Part shown: in pieces, positions 62,057 to 64,000 of the stretch
Layout: the number at the start of each line of letters is the position of its first letter
How positions within the stretch are numbered: position 1 is the stretch's first letter
Assembly (NCBI RefSeq): GCF_041146345.1
Contig: NW_027191405.1
Location: forward strand, 930,001-994,000
Direction: 5' to 3'
Source: Neodothiora populina
Lineage: Eukaryota
DNA length: 64,000 nt
The notes under the pieces: model-generated
Told to the model about the DNA's origin: nothing
Seen by the model: only the letters and a program-made list of their open reading frames with translations
The model's database searches: none
Made by a program: the position numbers and the translations under genes

Positions 62057-62964
62057 TTTCTTCTTTTCTTTCCTGGGTGTTCTGTGTGTTGAGCAAAAGT
62101 AGTGTACGGTAATTATGTAGAAGTCTTGATAGTGGTGGTGCTGGAGCTGCATTTATGTAGGTAGTCTGGTAGTGTACAAGTACCTGCACTGTAGGTAAGC
62201 ATGCGACGGGATTGGTAAGTTTCGCCGGCAAAGCTTCCTAGATAGATAGTTCTATGCACAATGCACTCTTCTGTACAACTGCTGTGCTAATGTAATGTCA
62301 AGGAGATCTGGCTTGGCACATGGCGGGTTCTCGGATTCTTCACGCCGCGGGCTTCGACAATGATACTTGTAATTAGAGTAGATGTGAGGTACTTTACTCG
62401 TACAGTAAGGTGATCAGAGCAAAGTGCAGTGCAGCGCAAGGGCACAGTAAAAGATACCTTAACGTGAAGTCTGGGTGGTCATTGTTGCACGTCGGAAACG
62501 CTCCCTTGCTTCGAATCATCCAGCGGAACAATACACGGCATTCCACATCCATCAGATCAGTGCCTGCTTTGCACAAGATCATGGTCGCGCAGAGTGGGAT
62601 GAACTTTGTACACCTTTTTTAACTCCTCATCATCATCGACAACCTCTCGGATCTTTCCATATCCCGAGTATTCTCTGTTGATTCGCGGTCCCTGAATCTG
62701 ACCCTGACCTTCCAATAGCACTCACCCACGACGACCGACTGCGACGCGTGAGGACCCTGTTGACTTGCCTGCTCTCGCCTCTGCACCACCGTGCTTTCGT
62801 GCTTGTCGCGTCTGGGGAAATTTCCTGTCCACAGTACAGTACACGCACAGCAAATCATTGGGCACAGTCGCAGCGCAGCGAGAGAGCCAGGGCCAGAGCA
62901 GAGTGACAAGGCTCACCCAGTGAAGCTTCCGCGCAATTCGCGCCACGCCAGACAGACGCCGACC

Positions 62965-64000
62965 ATGTCCTCGTTCGCCATGTCGCGCACAAATGTGCCG
63001 CAGGCTTTCGTCTCCAGCTATGCTCCACGCATCCGCACCTATGCCAATTCATTACTCACTCCAGCCACCCAGCCGCCAAACGTCATCGCGCCATTGAGGA
63101 CTAAGCGCGGCACCACGGCCATCAACTACTCGGAAGACCTGGACACGGACAGCATCGACGACAGCGATGCCCCGCGCAGGCCGACTGGGCTGCGTAGTTT
63201 GCGCCAGAACGACTCGCAGGTCGGACAGGTGGTGCAGCACAAGGAGATCGGAAAGGAAGTGGACTCACCCGTCGACGTCCAAGGCATATGGAGGGAATGG
63301 ATGGGAAAGCCCAAAAAGGCGCTCACGGAGAAACAAGTCCACCTCCAGGCCACACTGCCTCTCAACCTCGTCCCCATCCGCATCGATCTGAACATCAGCA
63401 CCTTCCAGCCTGAGCCTCCGCTGCCGAAACCAAACAATGCGCGCGAGCTGGGAATCGACGAGGCCTCGCCCGCCTACAAAGCGCCCGAGCCGACGCCAGA
63501 GTACCGTCTCAAAGACTACTTTCTTTGGAATCTACACGAGGCGCTGATGACTCCTGATCAATTCGCAAAGGTCTTCGTCGACGAGCTTGACTTCCCCGTA
63601 GACCGACGACCCGCCCTGGTGATCCAGATCACACAGCAGATCCGGCAACAGCTCGAGGACCACGCCGCAGTCGCCCTCCATCCTCTCTTCAATCCATCGG
63701 CTGCGCCCACTGTTGCAGACACGAGAGCCCCGTCTCAGCGACCTGGTCTGTCACGCGATCAGTCAAACACCCCTATGCAGACTCCCTCGGTCAACCACAC
63801 TCTGACAGACGGCTTCAATACACCACGGAACCTTGCTACCCCGATACAACCACCGGCTCTATTGTCTGCTGTCACAGCTTCGGCGCAATCCGCCGTTCCC
63901 TTGCCGTACAACCCGGACGACGCTCAGAGGTGCATCGTCTCTCTGTCGGTGAATCTTCAGAACAGCTTGTACACAGACAAGTTCGAGTGGTCCCTCGCCC
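62965..64000 (+). CDS. SFH1: RSC chromatin-remodelling subunit Sfh1 (SNF5 family), 5' part; runs off the window end
   Basis: Missing from the ORF track (no stop in window). Manual translation gives 'QAFVSSYAPRIRTYANSLLTP', 'RTKRGTTAINYSED', 'LVPIRIDL', 'LKDYFLWNLHEALMTPDQFAKVFVDELD' and 'YTDKFEWSL'. Confidence 0.88.
   Translation, partial: MSSFAMSRTNVPQAFVSSYAPRIRTYANSLLTPATQPPNVIAPLRTKRGTTAINYSEDLDTDSIDDSDAPRRPTGLRSLRQNDSQVGQVVQHKEIGKEVDSPVDVQGIWREWMGKPKKALTEKQVHLQATLPLNLVPIRIDLNISTFQPEPPLPKPNNARELGIDEASPAYKAPEPTPEYRLKDYFLWNLHEALMTPDQFAKVFVDELDFPVDRRPALVIQITQQIRQQLEDHAAVALHPLFNPSAAPTVADTRAPSQRPGLSRDQSNTPMQTPSVNHTLTDGFNTPRNLATPIQPPALLSAVTASAQSAVPLPYNPDDAQRCIVSLSVNLQNSLYTDKFEWSLA

Noticed and set aside
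1..64000. Cryptic peroxisomal PTS1 by stop readthrough (TGA CTA context); tRNA, snoRNA, transposon or CRISPR features
   Set aside because: None of the stops I checked has the readthrough context followed by an SKL-like end; no cloverleaf, convincing C/D box pair, TIR/LTR or spaced repeat array seen by eye

Overview
Gene-dense eukaryotic DNA from a filamentous ascomycete (Pezizomycotina; short GT-AG introns with CTRAC/CTRAT branch points). The protein style suggests Eurotiomycetes, possibly a Chaetothyriales black yeast, which is inference only. I can support 26 protein-coding genes, nearly all housekeeping. In order: EI24/RRT8-like, phosphopento/phosphoglucomutase, ATG9, sphingolipid delta-8 desaturase, COG6, BolA, NIF3, MCM2, UBR7/Mlo2, CMR1, a Wwm1-like WW protein, SPC34, RPN3, a CRH-type GH16, NAD-GDH, a mitochondrial carrier, RPL18, ADE2, a TFIIIC triple-barrel protein, VPS62-like, a hypothetical protein, TAF12, GLE1, SSD1, a 2H cyclic phosphodiesterase and the 5' part of SFH1. 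Exon structures were derived by hand, and family assignments come from motif recognition, not database searches. I found no tRNA, rRNA, intact transposon, CRISPR or secondary-metabolite cluster, and no clearly new multi-gene system. The best leads are at the gene-architecture level: an unexplained +1 frameshift in COG6; a probable intron-split start codon (A|TG) for VPS62; a GC-AG intron in RPL18; a dual-ATG mitochondrial presequence in NIF3; a CRH GPI signal confined to a tiny last exon; two 5'UTR introns and CNYT motifs in SSD1; and recurrent intergenic TAAGGTAC and TACAGTA motifs.
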